Translations under genes and position numbers: made by a program | Source of the DNA: an uncultured candidate division Zixibacteria bacterium | GTDB taxonomy: Bacteria; Zixibacteria; MSB-5A5; UBA10806 | Direction of reading: 5' to 3' | DNA length: 64,000 nt | NCBI GenBank assembly: GCA_963817915.1 | Contig: CAWFQL010000006.1 | Location: 32,001-96,000 of the forward strand | Notes under the pieces: model-generated | Told to the model about the DNA's origin: nothing | Databases searched by the model: none | What the model saw: the letters and a program-made list of their open reading frames with translations, nothing else | Part shown: positions 62,858 through 64,000 of the stretch, one piece after another | Layout: each line of letters opens with the position of its first letter | Position numbering within the stretch: the stretch's first letter is position 1

Positions 62858-63772
62858 CTATTCTTTGAATTTCTCGATGGCTGTAGCGGCGACCCAATAT
62901 ATGCTGTTCCCCTGCGCGGTGTGGCGGGTAAAGAACAGATATTTTCCATCGGAAGATAGGTGAGCTCCGTACTCATCATTCGTGGTATTGTACTCAGCGC
63001 CCAAATTGATTGGCGTCCCCCACGCACCGGCGCTATCGACAAAACTCACGAAGAGATCGGCGCTAACACCGTTCCGGCATGAATAAAAAATTAGATAATG
63101 CCCATCAGGAGCAATGCACGGATCACCATCGTAGGCTCGAATATTAATTGGAGCACCCAATAATTCTACAATTAGTGTTTGCGTTGTATCGGTATATGCT
63201 TTGTAAATCTGCATAACCCCGGAACGATTAGAGCAGAAATACATAGTCCCATCGGTCATAGTGCAGCCGCGAAATTCATTACGATTACTGTTAATTGGAG
63301 ATGGCAGTGCAACAGGTACCCCCCATCCGCTATCGCCATGGACTACGTTCCAGAGATCCTTGGATCCGGTTGCTTCTATCCCCGTGAATGTGAGGGTATC
63401 GCCATCGCTCGAAAAGACCGGTTCGTTTGAATAGACGAAATCCGATGTGAAAGGTGCTCCAATAATTGGAGTCCAGACGCCATTCTCGAGTTTGGAATAG
63501 TATAGAGTTGCGCCAGAATAGTCTGCGGTTCCAACTGAAAAGAAAAACTGAGTTCCATCTGGAGATAAGGCAGTGGCTTCTACCCACACACCCGCCGAAT
63601 CCAGCAGATCAGGGGCAAAAACAATCGGCGTTTCGTTAGGTGGTGTCAGCCCCAGATATTTTGGTGCATCTGGAATTACGTCATCTTTCGGTTTTGTTGA
63701 TTCGTGAGCGCACGAACTCATGAAAGTTAGCAGGAACAGGCACATCCAGGCGGCTGCAAGTTTTCTTTGCAT
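62858..63772 (-). CDS. PD40/TolB-like beta-propeller lipoprotein
   Basis: Lipobox MSSC; YLG.TPP..TP.VFAP; SPDG, SSDG, APDG blades; W..P.NLG. Confidence 0.85.
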   Translation of the reverse strand: MQRKLAAAWMCLFLLTFMSSCAHESTKPKDDVIPDAPKYLGLTPPNETPIVFAPDLLDSAGVWVEATALSPDGTQFFFSVGTADYSGATLYYSKLENGVWTPIIGAPFTSDFVYSNEPVFSSDGDTLTFTGIEATGSKDLWNVVHGDSGWGVPVALPSPINSNRNEFRGCTMTDGTMYFCSNRSGVMQIYKAYTDTTQTLIVELLGAPINIRAYDGDPCIAPDGHYLIFYSCRNGVSADLFVSFVDSAGAWGTPINLGAEYNTTNDEYGAHLSSDGKYLFFTRHTAQGNSIYWVAATAIEKFKE

Positions 63773-64000
63773 ATCCTCTTTCTCCTAAGACTTGTTGTCA
63801 CTAATCCCCTCTCAACCGCTGGACAATATCCAACTAAGTGAAGTCGAGCACCTTGAACTTCGAATACGGATTACAATTCCATTTTGTTTCAATTATAAAT
63901 TAATGTGAGTAAAATTAGGCCATCAGCCGTCATTGGAGATTCCTAATTGAAATTCACCGGCGGCAGTCGTTGGCGACTGCCGGCCGTGTGAATTAGCATT

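Overview
Bacterial chromosomal window of moderate GC, probably from an FCB-group organism. Secreted proteins with YPNPFN C-terminal sorting domains and a GDVNG..NGLDVTY dockerin-like tail suggest candidate division Zixibacteria (inference). Left to right: the macromolecular-synthesis operon (rpsU-yqeY-cvpA-mutS2-dnaG-rpoD), rsgA, a YprB-like nuclease, an NtrC-type regulator, hutH, dinG, squalene synthase, queF-yhhQ, rocD, ppsR, an MNT-HEPN toxin-antitoxin pair beside tRNA-Phe, seven tandem paralogous outer-membrane beta-barrel genes, and a eukaryote-type citrate synthase. The most striking element is an intact 11-gene phage-head-like module (39.5-48.3 kb): prohead protease, decoration protein, major capsid, adaptor, two signal-peptide virion-like proteins and holin-like proteins. 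It has no terminase, portal, tail tube, tape measure, integrase or replication genes. Divergent from it is a complete sigma54 promoter (enhancer palindrome, IHF site, -24/-12) driving an unannotated ~155-nt three-hairpin RNA with C-rich loops. The right part holds secreted proteins, a Zn-ribbon/Hel308-like helicase operon and a gene flanked by a 195-bp direct repeat. Several REP-like palindrome families are dispersed, and one copy sits in frame inside a signal peptide. Many genes look leaderless. Several housekeeping genes carry single-base frameshifts that are most likely long-read errors. All family assignments come from motif reading, not database searches.
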